64,000 bases of DNA from NCBI GenBank assembly GCA_951406725.2, contig OX597821.1, positions 69,626,001 to 69,690,000 on the forward strand. Direction: 5' to 3'. A model generated the notes under the pieces. That model did no database searches. It had not been told where the DNA came from and was given only the letters and a program-made list of their open reading frames with translations. The position numbers were made by a program, and so were the translations under genes. This document shows, piece by piece, positions 28,521 through 42,488 of the stretch (position 1 is the first letter of the stretch; the number at the start of each line of letters is the position of its first letter). The DNA is from Octopus vulgaris (taxonomy: Eukaryota).

Positions 28521-29882
28521 GCATTAACGACCTTAAATTGTAACGTGATCAATCAATCAAGATCGGGGACTGGTTTCTCCAAGCTGGTCATGTTATTCGC
28601 AGTGCGAAAAGCTTACAGTAACTAAATTAGCGAGAAAGGGGTGGGGTGGGGGATATCGTTAACAGCTGGGGGCGTGTTTATTTAAAGAGTGTCGTTAGAG
28701 TATAGCTAATAGATTAGAGTATAGCTAAAAAAGAAAACAACGATAGAGAACGATTGGTTAGACGTGGGACAAGTGAGCAACTGAGACGACTACAAAAGAC
28801 ATCACTTCCAATGTGTTTGCAGCAAAAGTAACGATCACAATTCCTCAATACAAAACACAATGGGTGGCAGCAAAGGCAGGTGCTCTGAGATGAGAGAGTG
28901 AAAGACTTTTCACCTGCAATTTGGAATGTTATCTCACAGTACTTTACTTGTTGTATAGTGCTGTCAATGGCACAGTGACTCTTGCATTCTGTTGAGATGT
29001 AATGATGAGAAAGAAAACTTATGTTCAGGAGTGACGTTTGGGATAGACTCTGAATTCTGTAGGACTTTCAACCCGAAATCCATTGACAACATCCTAAAAT
29101 CCTTGATCTGGCAGTATTACTGGGGGTGACATAAGTGTTTCATGTTAAACTTTAGCAGAACGGTGTCGCCCTCAATCAGGTCTCTCCAAGATGCATTCGA
29201 AACTATTTGTGATTCTAATTCACAGTCCGGATATTGTTCACTCTTTTCCTTTCACTCGAAATCGTGTGCGATGAATGTCAAGAAAAACGCCTTCACATTA
29301 CGACTCCACCGATATTTTCGCCACAAATCTACGGTCTCGACAAATACCCAAAAGTCTTTTGTTTTACACGCACTTTTGTCCAGTTACTTAATTCAGTGGT
29401 CAACAACATGGCCTCTACACGATCGCACGCTCTGCAAGAAATAGCAGCCAATAGCTCCTTAAATTATACCATGCCGTCTTCAGAAATAGGAGGCATTGGA
29501 AAATGTGTTTCCCGATTCCAATATCCAAGAGAAGAACCAAATGGTCACAACTGGAAGGCTACTGATCATAGCTATTTTCAGTTAGATCTGGCCTAGGACT
29601 AAATAACAACAGCAACAATCCATTCATTCATTCATCGTCATTTTAGTCTTCGTTAAACACCAATTCCTTTGCCTAATTCTTCTGTCTAATTGACATTCAT
29701 CGTCTCCCTTACTGCTTCCCCCACCCACCTCGCTCTATCAACATACCATTCCAGAAATACGCAACTCTGTACGCAACAGTGAATAAAAATCACAAACGTT
29801 TATGCGTTCACTCATTCATTGGAAATATGTAAACCTCAAGTTGGCAACTAAACAAGCACTAGACTCACAAACGGCTTAAGTT

Positions 29883-29956
<74 letters not shown>

Positions 29957-30078
29957 TGTGTAGGTGCTGGCACACACACACACACACTTGCGCACTCACA
30001 TGGATATACACGCACACACACTCTTACATACACACACAAATGCATACAGAGGTGCCCGAACACACATACTCAGAGAGG

Positions 30079-30124
<46 letters not shown>

Positions 30125-30144
30125 CACGGGGTATTTATTATTAT

Positions 30145-30659
30145 CATTGGAATAGCAGAACGGTCAGAGCGTCGGGCATAATGCCTTGTGTTATTTGTTC
30201 CATTCTTTTGAATTCCGAGTTCAAATACAGCTGAAGTCAACTTTATCTTCTATACTTCAGGGTCAATGAAATAACGTACTAATCAGGTACTAAAGTCAGT
30301 TTATCTGCAAACCACCTCCACACGAATCTGTGGCCTTGTTCTTTGCATTACGAAACAATTATTTGAACGGCAAAAGAGTCAGAGCGTCAGACAATCTTCC
30401 ACTAATTACAGTCCTTTACGTTGACTTCGAACACTGCCTTTCATCGTTGCATGGTCGATAAAATAAAATGAAATTCCAGTTGAGAACAGGTTGATTTAAT
30501 TGTCTGACTCCACTTCTCAAATATCTAGCTTCGTGGTTATGTTAGAATAAGTACTAGGCTTACAAAGAAGAATAAGTCCTGGGATCAATTTCTTCAACTA
30601 AAGGCGGTGCTTCAGCATAGCCGCAGTCAAATGACTGAAACAAGTAAAAGAGTAAAAGA

Positions 30660-30661
<2 letters not shown>
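30145..30661 (+). mobile_element. Two degraded family D SINEs followed by a family A 3' tail
   Basis: gagttcaaat / gtcaacttt / ggtcgataaaata blocks; 30545-30661 equals the family A tail. Confidence 0.7.
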
Positions 30662-30702
<41 letters not shown>

Positions 30703-30703
<1 letters not shown>

Positions 30704-31563
30704 GAGGTAGAGTCAAAAATTGTACACACTCCTGTTTTTCCAATGTATTTATATAAAAGCAAGGGATAAACAAGTACGTCATTTTTCTTTATAGTCTCCT
30801 TCCTTTTCGATGCACTTGGTACAGCGGATCTGGGCTGTAGACAGGGTGTTCCAGCACCTCAAAACCCAATTGGCTAATAGTTTCGACGATCAAAGCGACT
30901 CTGTGTTGGCGTACATTGTCATGCAACAACAAAATTTTCTTCAACAATTAGCTTTGGCGTTTGTTGCGAATTGCTGGCTTCAGTTTGTTGCCCGGCAAAG
31001 TACTATATCTTGCATTGTTGATTTTACCCCCCTTTTCCAGGTATCCTTCCAGTATAGGCTCTTTTGAGTCCCCCCAAAAGGTTAGCATCACCAGGATGCT
31101 TCCACTCCATACTCTGTCTTTTATATTCTGCCTCATAAAGATGGACCCACGTTTCATCTCCTCTGACTATTCGGCTCAAAACTTCCTCTCCCTCATTGTT
31201 GTAGCGATCGAATAGAGGTTGATAGACCTCAAAACGTTTGCACTTGTGCTCTGCAGTAAGCTCTCTTGGCACCCATCTTGCACAGACTTTATGGGAGCCG
31301 AGCTCATCGTGGATGATTTAATAGACAGAACTATGACTGAGATGCAGAGAACGAGCTAGAAATCAGACCACAGCTCTTTGTTCGTCTTTGGTGCACATTC
31401 CAAGAAGAGCGGCCATGCTTGCACTGTAAAGCCAGAAAGAAAAAAAAACTTCGATTACAGGACCACAGTAATACCAACTATAACCAAGTATGCGCAGAAG
31501 GCAGTGTGAAAATAATGCAGATATGTTATGGCGAAAGTGCGGATAATTTATGATTTCCCCTCG
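30703..31563 (-). mobile_element. Internally deleted mariner DNA transposon
   Basis: TA-flanked imperfect TIRs (cgaggtagagtcaaaaattgtacacact versus cgaggggaaatcataaattatccgcact); transposase motifs ARWVPRELT and IVRGDETWV; frameshifted; 861 bp. Confidence 0.93.
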
Positions 31564-31858
31564 TACATATATATATTTACAAACATACATAACATGAAGA
31601 ATCTACACAGCAGACAACCTAAACTTTAGCCACTGGACTACACGCAAACGACTACTGTCCACTCTCCTACCAGAGAGATCAAATTTGGAGTGCCTTGACT
31701 GTAACTAAACATGTTCACTCAACCGTGTCAGCCTACATTTTAGGCGCAAAATATACTGTCACTAGGTTACGGGGACTTAACGATGGTAGGGAGACAATCA
31801 AAGACTCACAGACACAAACACACAAATATATACATACATACATATATACATACATACA

Positions 31859-31950
<92 letters not shown>

Positions 31951-31951
<1 letters not shown>

Positions 31952-32176
31952 CAGTCGCTCATGCATACCGACCTCCCCTCTCCACGTCACCGATGTTGTC
32001 CAAGGGAAAGGCAAGGGCCGATACAGCTTAGCACCTGTGACGTCGCAACTCATTTCTACAGCAATGTGAAATAAAGTGTCTTGCTCAAGAACACAACACG
32101 CAGCCCGGTCCGGGATTCGAGCTCGCAACCTCACGATCGTAAGCTCGACGCTCTAACCACTGAGCCACGCGCCTTC
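31951..32176 (-). mobile_element. SINE family B
   Basis: Reverse complement of the 5' two thirds of 53870-54211. Confidence 0.9.
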
Positions 32177-32197
32177 ATACATACATACATACATACA

Positions 32198-32270
<73 letters not shown>

Positions 32271-32565
32271 TATACGATATTTGCATATATTATACAAACT
32301 TAGTACTGAAAACCGTTGGCCAATTCGAATTGCTGTTGAAGTCGACTTTGCTCATAAATTAGTCGATAAACAACATATCACAAACAATAAAAGTAAAACT
32401 GACTAATATGACGCATTTCAAATCAGGATTTGTCCAAAATGTTGAAAATTTGAAAAACTGCTGTAGAGTCATAGAAGCTATAAACGAGGACATGAATTAG
32501 AAATAGCAACAGGTTTTACCATCTGGAATGAGAAAGACGACAGGATGTATTGACACACACACGCA

Positions 32566-32632
<67 letters not shown>

Positions 32633-32780
32633 GTATATACATATGTGAAGTAAACTACAACACGTGCATTCGCGAGCGTGCACACACGTACATTTTTGCA
32701 CAAACTTTTAGTTACACATCGTCTTATTCTCAGTGCTGCTATTATTACCATGATCTGACAATCTTTATAATTGGTGTGTG

Positions 32781-32833
<53 letters not shown>

Positions 32834-32982
32834 ATGTGTGTGAACATAGTGTTTGTGTGGGTTTGCACAGAAACAAACACATTTGCATATTATGAATGCA
32901 TGTACGCGTGTATGTATGTACGTATATAATCATGTATGTATATATGTATATACATATACACATATATGTATACTGACTGGTA

Positions 32983-33285
32983 AAGACCTCTTCAGTCATG
33001 AATCACCATGGGATTGCACCTTGGAGTGTTGTTTTATGGAAGACCAGCAGTCAACCATGCATACCACCCTCCAATCTCCACGCCACCGATGTTATCCAAG
33101 GGAAAGGCAAAGGGGCCGATACAGCTTGGCACCAGTGACGTCGCAACTCATTCCTATAGCTGAGTGAGCTGGAGCAACGTGAAATAGTGTCTTGCCCAAG
33201 AACACAGCACGTAATCCGATCTGGGAATCGAACTGATTACCTCATGATTGTGATCCTGATGCTCTAACCACTGAGCCATGCGCCC
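32983..33285 (-). mobile_element. SINE family B, diverged
   Basis: Same blocks as 53870-54211. Confidence 0.85.
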
Positions 33286-33287
33286 TC

Positions 33288-34511
33288 CCCTCCCATATCC
33301 ACAACACTAACCTTGCTCTCCGTCTCTTCAACGCTTTCTCCTTCCCTTCTGGCCCCTCTAAATTTCTTTTCATTTTTGATATCAAGAGTTTATATACGGT
33401 GATCCCAACCCCAACCTGACGCCTCCACACTTCTCCGTCTGGTCTAACTTGTTCTCTCCCTCAACAGCTTCTCGTTTGTGGGGGATTTTTTGCCCACATG
33501 TCTCGGGGGTGGCCATGGGAATGAGAATGGGCCCTAACTATGCGAACCTATTCGTTGACTTCGTTGACCAATTCACTGGTCCTACTCCCGAACTATACGG
33601 TCGTTACGTCGATGTCTGTATCGGATGATATCCCTCTCCTGCGAACAACAAGACTCCTTCCTCTCTTTTGTCCAATCCTTCCATCCTGCATTCGAATTCT
33701 CCTGCTTTATTTCTAACTCTTCTTTCGAATTTCTCGACATTTCTGTCAGCATACATCACTTCGCTTTCCCTACCTCCATCCACTACAAACAAACACCCAT
33801 ATCTTAACTTCTCCTCCTCCCACTCTACCCACACAAAGCTCTCCATCCCCTACTTCCAATTCCTCCGTCTACGCAGGCTCTGCAGTGACAACCATGACTT
33901 TGAGATTCAGTCCAAACTCATGGCTCACCACCTCATCCTACGAGGATATCCTCTCACTACTATCCACGCCAGGACATGATCTATGGACCGTGGCTCTGCA
34001 TTTTCTCCTCGTACACACCCCGCCGTTTTCCGTCTCGCGTTTCCCTTCACCAACCACCGCTCCACCCTGCCCCTCCAACGCACCATTCTCCGAGCCTTTC
34101 GGCGACTCCAGTCCGATCTCCCTACCTCGCACATCTTCCTCATCTTACCCCTTCCCTCCTTAAAACGAGCCCATAACCTGCGTGATACACAGTTTCTTCC
34201 CTAAATCCACCTCCCAGCCTCTTGTTGAGATCACAAGCACTATATATCTCCGCTTCATTCAACCTCTTTTTTCTATTATTATCTCCCTTTCTTTCAATCT
34301 CTTTTCCCCCCAATTATTCGCCATGCTGGACCGCTGAAATCTTCAAGTTTTTCTCACCCCCTGTCTGTTTACTCTCTCTCATATTCCTTTCTGTTGAAGA
34401 GCGTAGGCTCGAAACATAAAATACTTTCTCACTTTCCCGAGCGTCAAACTAATACACTTGCCTTTTGTTCATACACCAGTCTTCGTCTTTTGTTTTTCTA
34501 TAAATTTCAAC

Positions 34512-34512
<1 letters not shown>
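33288..34512 (+). mobile_element. Penelope-like element fragment (RT, thumb, 3' terminal region)
   Basis: FDIKSLYTVIP, GVAMGMRMGPNYANLFV, YGRYVDV, YLNFSSSH...KLSIPYFQFLRLRRLCS; 3' region shared with 39300-39592. Confidence 0.9.
34386..34425 (+). ncRNA. Hammerhead-like motif in the Penelope terminal region (non-canonical core)
   Basis: ccttt-ctgttgaaga-gcgtaggctc-gaaac-ata-aaa; the sister copy at 39466-39505 has gaaACGTa. Confidence 0.45.
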
Positions 34513-34584
<72 letters not shown>

Positions 34585-34875
34585 GAGAGATAGATAGATA
34601 TAATTAATATATTATATATACCTACATAGATATGTGTGTGTGTTTAATTACATATATATTGTAAAAAGCGGATATGAAAATATGAAAAATATAAAATCAA
34701 AAAGATTGAACTTGAACATAGTCGTGGAGAAACACAGAGAGGGTGGGAGAAAGACAAAGAAAGAGAGAGAGAAAGAAAGAAAGAGAAATAGAGAGAAAGA
34801 GAGAGAACCAGAATTTGGGATGAGCCATGATTCATGCTTACACTAATACGTAGCTGCTGCTGCTAATGTTGGTGA

Positions 34876-35026
34876 AACTACTACTACTACCACTACTACT
34901 ACTGCTGCTGCTACTACCACCACCACCACCACCACCGCCGCCACTACCACCACCACCACAACCACTACCACCACCGCCACCACCACCACCACCGCCACCA
35001 CCACCACCACCACCACCACCACCACC

Positions 35027-35075
<49 letters not shown>
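34876..35075. repeat. (CTA)n/(CCA)n trinucleotide array
   Basis: Direct reading. Confidence 0.95.
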
Positions 35076-35715
35076 TCAAAAATACTACGTCAACTACTAT
35101 TTACGTAACTTAGTGAAAAATGCATTTCGCTGGTATCTAAACATGTTGGGTGGTAAAAATGTAATAAAAATAGAATCAAGAGAAGAAATCTTCAACAAAT
35201 GAAAAATATATTCTGCAACAACAATAAGAGTGGAAGGAGCAGCAGCGAAGATGACAGGAAGAAAAACAACAGCAAAATATAGAACATCAAATTATAAGCT
35301 CACAGTTAATAAACATAAGCTTCTACAATAATTTATCTCCTCTTGCGCGCTCTATCGGGAAGAATTCTGTGTTCTTATTCTTACCGATATCGCCATTTGT
35401 TATGAGGCAACTAGGCGGAAATGCATAACTCGCTGCAATTATTTCTACTCTTAGCATCTATTACGATGCAATAAGCAGTGAAAACAAGAGGATTATTTTA
35501 AATAAACAAGTGTATACACTGATTTGATAGAGAAAATAAACAAACGAGTGGTTGTGATGACTTGGCTTATAAAACCTAACAAACAAGATGGACAAAGAAA
35601 GCGAGTTGTGATATAAATGTTAGATTTGGTTTTAAAAAAATTAAAGAACAAATATAAGACTGAGATCTGTAAACGAAACAGAAGCACTGATTAACTGACA
35701 AACATTGGCACCTTG

Positions 35716-35772
<57 letters not shown>

Positions 35773-36162
35773 CCTATTTCTCTCTTTCTCTCTCACACTC
35801 TCTCTACATGTATGTATGTTACATATACATGCATCTATATGTATATGAATATGTATACACACACATACGCACATTATTTATACATATAAATATATGTATG
35901 CACACACATATATTATATATATATATCTTTATATGTTTATGCATATGTATAGGTAGTCATGTGTGTGTGTGTGTAATCTATGATATAATATTATCTGTTA
36001 AAAGTTATTCCGTTTCTAACATGCACAAACAAGCGTAGACACACATGCTCACACACAGACACACACACGTGTATTTATAAATTATATACTAATGGTAAAA
36101 TATAGACTACAGATGGATGAACAGAACTGAACGAGGCGAATGATATAATACATATACACATG

Positions 36163-36194
<32 letters not shown>

Positions 36195-36788
36195 TGTATG
36201 TATGTATGTATGTATGTATGTATGTGTGTGTGTGCGAGTGCGGTTGCATGTCGTTGTTGTTGCTGTTAGTGGTGTTGTTGTCGCTGCTTTTGTTGTTGTT
36301 GTTTTGTTCTTACTACTTTTGTAGCCAACCAGCCAGGCACTCTCCCTCTTTCAAAACATCGGCTTGCCAATGCTCGCTACTTCTGTTTTAAGTCGCCATT
36401 GGCTTTTCTTTGGGATAATATGTGATGGAACTGCCGTTTCATGACTGGCTGATGTTGAATTCTGTGTCTTGACTCACCCTGTCTTATGGAATACCTCACA
36501 ATCACGGCTGTTGACCTGTCTGGCTCTTTAGCAATCTCTACCATTCCAGGTTTCATTCCCACCCTCAGGTATAACACTTAGGTTCACTCACATAGTTTAG
36601 CAGGTCAGTCGAAACCACGAAGCAAGGTTTAGCTGCTGTCATACTCTGCAGCATCTGTGTAGTAAATAAGTGGGCTAAATGCAGGAGTAAGAACTGAATG
36701 AGATCCTGGCCAAATCCCGAACACAAGCAACTACCTCTCACCGTGCGGTACAATGCTTCCTCTTTTCTGCCACATCTGACCTGACCTA

Positions 36789-36822
<34 letters not shown>

Positions 36823-36882
36823 CATACATACATACATACATACATACATACATACATACATACATACATACATACATACATA

Positions 36883-37010
<128 letters not shown>

Positions 37011-37012
37011 CT

Positions 37013-38050
37013 TCGCAGGCGTTCCCGGCATCTCAACATTTCCCCAGCTGATCTCTCGGCCCTTCGATATCTCCGACGTCGCAAGGGTATCATCATCAAA
37101 CCAGCCAACTATGGTGGAGCTGTAGTGTTGTGGAACGTAGACCTTCACAGGTCAACTTCAAGACACTTCCTTCTACAGCCCTCTGCCTTCCAGCTCAACA
37201 CCGAACAAACAACGGACTCCACTATTCATGATCTCATTTCCTTTTCCTGTCTCCCCCACCGCCTCCAACTTCAGTGTCCGTACCCCACGCACCCCCAATA
37301 TTTACTTTCTTCCCAAAATTCACAAGCCCAACAACCCTAGCTGTCCCATCGTCTCCGCTTGCAACTGCCCCACTGAAATGATCTCCAAATACCTCAACTG
37401 TGTCCTTGCCTTCCTGGTGGCTTCTCTCCGCTCACACATTCATGAAACTCGTCATTCTCTCCGTCTGTTTAAATCTTTCTCCTTCCCTTCTGGCCCCTCA
37501 CAACTTCTGTTCACTTTCGACATTAAGTCTCTGTATACGGTGGTCCTACACAACGAAGGCCCTCTGGCACTTAAACACTTCCTTGACCTTCGGCATGCTC
37601 CTCAACCTGACACCTTTACACTTCTTCGTCTGCCGAACTTGCCCTCTCTCTCAACTGCTTCTCGTTCGCGGGCAAGTTTTACCAATATTTCTCGGGAGTG
37701 GCCATAGGAACGAGAATGGGCCCAAACTATGCGAACCTGTTCGTTGGCCATGTTGGGGCCGAAATATTCTCACTATTCACTGGTCCCACACCCGAGCTAT
37801 ACGCTAGTTATGTCGATGTCTGTATAGGCGTAACTTAGTTTCTCACGAACATCTGAACTCTTTCTTCTCTTTTGTCCAATCCTTCCATCCTGCCTTCGAA
37901 TTCTCCTACTATATTTCTAACTCTTCCGTCGAATTTCTCGACATTTCTGTCAGCATACACCATTCCACTCTCACCACCTTCATCCACTACAAATACATTG
38001 ACTCATACTCCTACCACCCTACCCGCACAAAGCTCTCCATCCCGTACTCT
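37013..38050 (+). mobile_element. Penelope-like RT fragment, same group as 33288-34512
   Basis: YFLPKIHKPNNPSCPIVSAC, FTFDIKSLYT, GVAIGTRMGPNYANLFVG, YVDVC; frameshifted. Confidence 0.92.
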
Positions 38051-38059
38051 TAATTATAT

Positions 38060-38728
38060 TATTTTAACTTCATCTCACAGGGGAAGGTGGTTTCCGTTTT
38101 TTCCATACATGATCAGCTATACCCGATTTTTCAACATCTCCTCGTATCACAGCTTTACGATGTTCCTCTAACCTTATTATGAATGGGCGGCATGTTTCAC
38201 CTTTGTATAAACTATCACAACTGCATGGGATGGAGTACATGCAGTCTTTGGTCATGTTCTCTTCTAATGGTGGTTTTACTCGAAGGAGATACTTGCGAAG
38301 TGTTGAATTACTCTTGAATACTGTCCTGATGTCATATGGACCGCATATCTTCTGTATCTTTTCCGAGAGGCCTTTCACATAGGGTAGACAGACTGTGGTC
38401 AATTTATGGGTTTCATCCACTCTCCTCTTCCTAATTGGAGTGGATAGTATGTTTTTTTGGGTCGTTGTTGCTTAATAGATTGTTACTTAGCTTGATCATT
38501 TCTTCATGGTATGTATCAGGATCACTAATTATATGCTTTGCTCGATGTTTTAGGTACTGAGCAATCCCTCTCTTTACACTGTATGGATGGTGGGAATTGA
38601 AGTTGAGGTCCACTGAAGTTTGGCTTGCGGTGTACAGATGTCCTGAACTCATGCGTTGTGCGTATTATAAATACACCCAGGATTGCTAGCTGATTGTCTT
38701 TTTCATTTTCCAATTTGAACCTTCGACA
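38060..38728 (-). mobile_element. Second Penelope-like family: thumb plus GIY-YIG endonuclease
   Basis: LNFNSHHPYSVKRG, LPYVKGLSEKI, CMYSIPCSCDSLYKGETCRPFIIRLEEH. Confidence 0.9.
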
Positions 38729-39299
38729 TCTAACTACCCCCTCCACACACACACACATGAATACCACCTACCTCGGTACCCTCACCATACACACACCACT
38801 ATACAAACACCCATACACACTGTTCAATTCATTACTCACTTCACACACCATTACACACACACACACCAACAAACACCTTCTCACTTCACACACACTAGTA
38901 CCGAACACTTCTTAGCACCCAAACCACAAACCACACGCCATTATCCACCCCACACTATTTAACTCAGTACAGTCACCACACACCATCATGCACACTTCTA
39001 CATCCACACATGCACACAATAGCTGAACACAGACAATATATATATACACACACACAACACGCAAAAATACACGCAACACGCACAGATAAAGATAACTTTC
39101 ACCCATAAACATACACTATATACATACGCACTTCGTCACAGACACACATACATACACATGAGAACATACCATCTGAGCAAGCACGCATCAACTGCTACAC
39201 ACAACATATACACGCATACATACACACACACACATTAGACTCACTCGACCCCATTCACACACACCATTTTCACATACGCACACTCGCTTGCGCACCTTC

Positions 39300-39591
39300 G
39301 TTCGTTGGGGTGACCATTACCTTTACCGTTATTATTATTAGTATTATGAACTCACTTTCATTCAACTTGTTTGTTCCAGTCATCTCGCCATGTTGGACCA
39401 TTGAATCCTGCGCTTTTTTCTCAATGTTTTTGTTTTTCATTCTCTATCCATTTTCCCCTCTTAATCCTTTCTGTCGCAGAGCGTAGGCTCGAAACGTAAA
39501 ATACTTTTTCATTTTTCCCGAGCTTTAAACTAATAGACCTGTTTTTTGTTCCTACACCTGACATCAACTTTTGTTTACTGTAAATTTGAAC

Positions 39592-39592
<1 letters not shown>
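39300..39592 (+). mobile_element. Penelope terminal (pLTR-like) region with hammerhead-like motif
   Basis: Colinear with 34315-34512 (cgccatg.tggacc ... agagcgtaggctcgaaac ... taaattt.aact). Confidence 0.75.
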
Positions 39593-39623
<31 letters not shown>

Positions 39624-39819
39624 TGTATGTATGTATGTATGTATGTATGTATGTATGTATGTATGCATGTATGTATGTATGTATGTATGTATGTATGTAT
39701 GTATGTATGTATGCATGTATGTATGTATGTATATATATATATGTATGTATATATGCATGAATTATGCATGCATGTATCTATGTATGCATGTATGTATGCA
39801 TGTATGTATGTATGTATGT

Positions 39820-39857
<38 letters not shown>

Positions 39858-39977
39858 TATATATATATACATACATACACATACAAACACCACACATATA
39901 TATGAAATATGTACATATATATATGTGTGTGTATAGATGCATACATATATTATGCATACATACATATATAGTACATA

Positions 39978-41262
39978 CATGATGATTGCTTCATCTTGAT
40001 AGATAATAGCCGTCTCGTCAACATGCACACTACGCCCCATCACACGGCATAATCACCCCATTGATCAGCCCTCAGATGACTGACTGGGTTTAAGACACAA
40101 GTGACAGATATCATTCAAGTTTCTTCTTTATCTTTGTCCTGTGAAATCTGAAGGAATGTTTTTGCGAACCAGAATATGTCTTAATTCCAGATATTGTCTT
40201 ACATGTTTTGTGACACATGACACAAGTCGTAAGAGGTGGTTGGTGTTCAAGTTTATTACCGATCTGGGAATTTCGATTTTCATATAATTACATATGGTTC
40301 ACGTATCCTGCTTTTGACAACAGAACACGATCACATAATACATACCCAATATTCACTGTTGATCTGAGTTCCAATTCTTCCTCTGTGAGAAGCCCTTTTA
40401 AGCTCAGAGGGCTGAACCGTCTTTTTGTCCCAGGCGTTGCAACAGCACTCTTCTACTTTTCCGATCTAGAACATCATTTTCCAAATCATTTCTGTTCATA
40501 TCTAATTTCTTCAGGTTTTGTTTCACACAGTCTTTATACTTTTTCCTCGGCTTATGCTTTGGTCGCTTACTAAAGTTGAGCTCACCACAAAGAAGACACT
40601 TTGGCAAACGCTCGCCTTTCATTCTAATAACATGTCCAGTCCATCTCATTTGAACCAAGATGACATGTTGTTCAATTGATCTACAACGTGCCATGCGCAA
40701 AACCTCTGTATCTGTTATGAAACAATCCCACTTGACTCCCAAGATACGTCTGGGGCACTTTTGATGAAATCTCTCCAGCATTTTCATAGGAAGCATGTAA
40801 GTGATCTACGACTCACTCGAATAAAGAAGTGCAGCCAATACACACGTTTTCTAGACACTGATTTTTGTCTGCAAGGAAATACCTCTATCTGCCCTTACTC
40901 GCTTTTCCACCTTTCCAAATGCAACACTTCCCTCCCTTATTCGATAGAAAATCTCTGCATCACGACCACAATCTCTTGACGGTGTGTTACCAAAGTAAAC
41001 AAAGGTGTCAATGACTTCTAACTTTCCAACGCAAAAATGCTTATCCTGGTGCACGAGTAAACATTACTTTGGTTTCCCCAAGACTAATTGTGAGTCCGAA
41101 ACGTACACATTGAGTGGAAAATCTGTCCATTTTTTGTTGCTTATCCCACTCTGAGTGTGCATCATCAACATAAAGTAATTGTCTAACAAGTATTTTGAAA
41201 GACTTTACTTTGCAGTTGAATCGGGTCAGATTAAAAATGCGACCAGATGTCCGAAATCTGAA
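39978..41262 (-). mobile_element. RTE-clade LINE 3' portion, degraded
   Basis: LERFHQKCPRRILGVKW, RWTGHVIRMKGERLPK, LEVIDTFVYFGNT; Cys-rich C-terminal remnant. Confidence 0.9.
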
Positions 41263-41361
41263 GAGGAAGGAAAAGAAGAGGACGAATCAAAATATACGTC
41301 ACAACGTATTTTTAGAAGGAGAGGAGAAAAATTTGTTGCTGAGAGAGAAATACACTAAGAG

Positions 41362-41413
<52 letters not shown>

Positions 41414-41972
41414 TGTGTGTGTGTGTGTGAAAGATAGACAAATAGATAGTCTATGTCCCCATAGTAACTAAAGTTTTAATTTAAAATGCTGGAATTTTAA
41501 GTTTGTCAACACGACGCAATGCACTTCATTCCTCCATGGAAGAATAAAAGTAGAATGAGGTATTTTTGCCTCTTGGCTGAAACAGCTGTAAGTTATTTTC
41601 CCAATTTAAATTCCTGTATGCTATATTTTAATAATTACTGGTATCTTTATATATGAATATATTTTATATGTAAAGCATAATATGTTATACATATATGTTT
41701 ATTCTTGTAATTGTCATTTTAGTAAATAAATAAATAAGTTAACATAATATAATGTCTAAAAGTTGATGAACCACAAATTGATCCCCTCCATTTTCTTATT
41801 GCTCTATAAATTAATGGTAAAAGATCTCTTTACCTTCACCTATTTAGTACACTCGGTAATGTAATTGCAATGCAATAAAAAACACTTGTGTATTAATAAT
41901 TGGGTATTCTACCAGCAAGTATATTGGATAGATATTATCCCTTAGTTGGTTAGATTCACAATCTCTATCTTG

Positions 41973-42031
<59 letters not shown>

Positions 42032-42069
42032 GGAGTAAGCAGCTAATAGAAATAATCGAAATCCTTAGT

Positions 42070-42173
42070 ACTTAGCCTCAAATTTGGTGGGCGTGGATGT
42101 GTCGATTACATCGACCACAGTATTCAACTGGTACTTAAATTATCGATTTAAAGGATGACAGCCAAAGTCGACC

Positions 42174-42175
<2 letters not shown>
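42070..42175 (-). mobile_element. SINE family D fragment
   Basis: gtcgattacatcgacc...aactggtactt...aaagtcgacc. Confidence 0.7.
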
Positions 42176-42225
<50 letters not shown>

Positions 42226-42419
42226 CTGAAAAGTTTTGCTGCGTGAGTTTTGGTTCAAACTTTATTCGTGATTATATATATCCCTCTGTCTGTCTGCCTA
42301 TGTGTGTAAGTATACAGTATGTATGCAGCATGTATACAAATGTCATTATGCTTATAAATATATATATATATACATACATATATATATTCATATACATACA
42401 CATATATATGCATATATAT

Positions 42420-42483
<64 letters not shown>

Positions 42484-42488
<5 letters not shown>

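Noticed and set aside
27909-29600. Complex non-microsatellite sequence with 100-124 aa ORFs as candidate host exons
   Set aside because: No recognisable domain, stops in the plausible frames and no clear splice pattern; left unassigned.
36370-36787. Possible LINE 5' end with an HDV-like ribozyme on the minus strand (caggtcag/ctgacctg pairing)
   Set aside because: Could not assemble P1.1, P2 and the catalytic C in the required order by eye.
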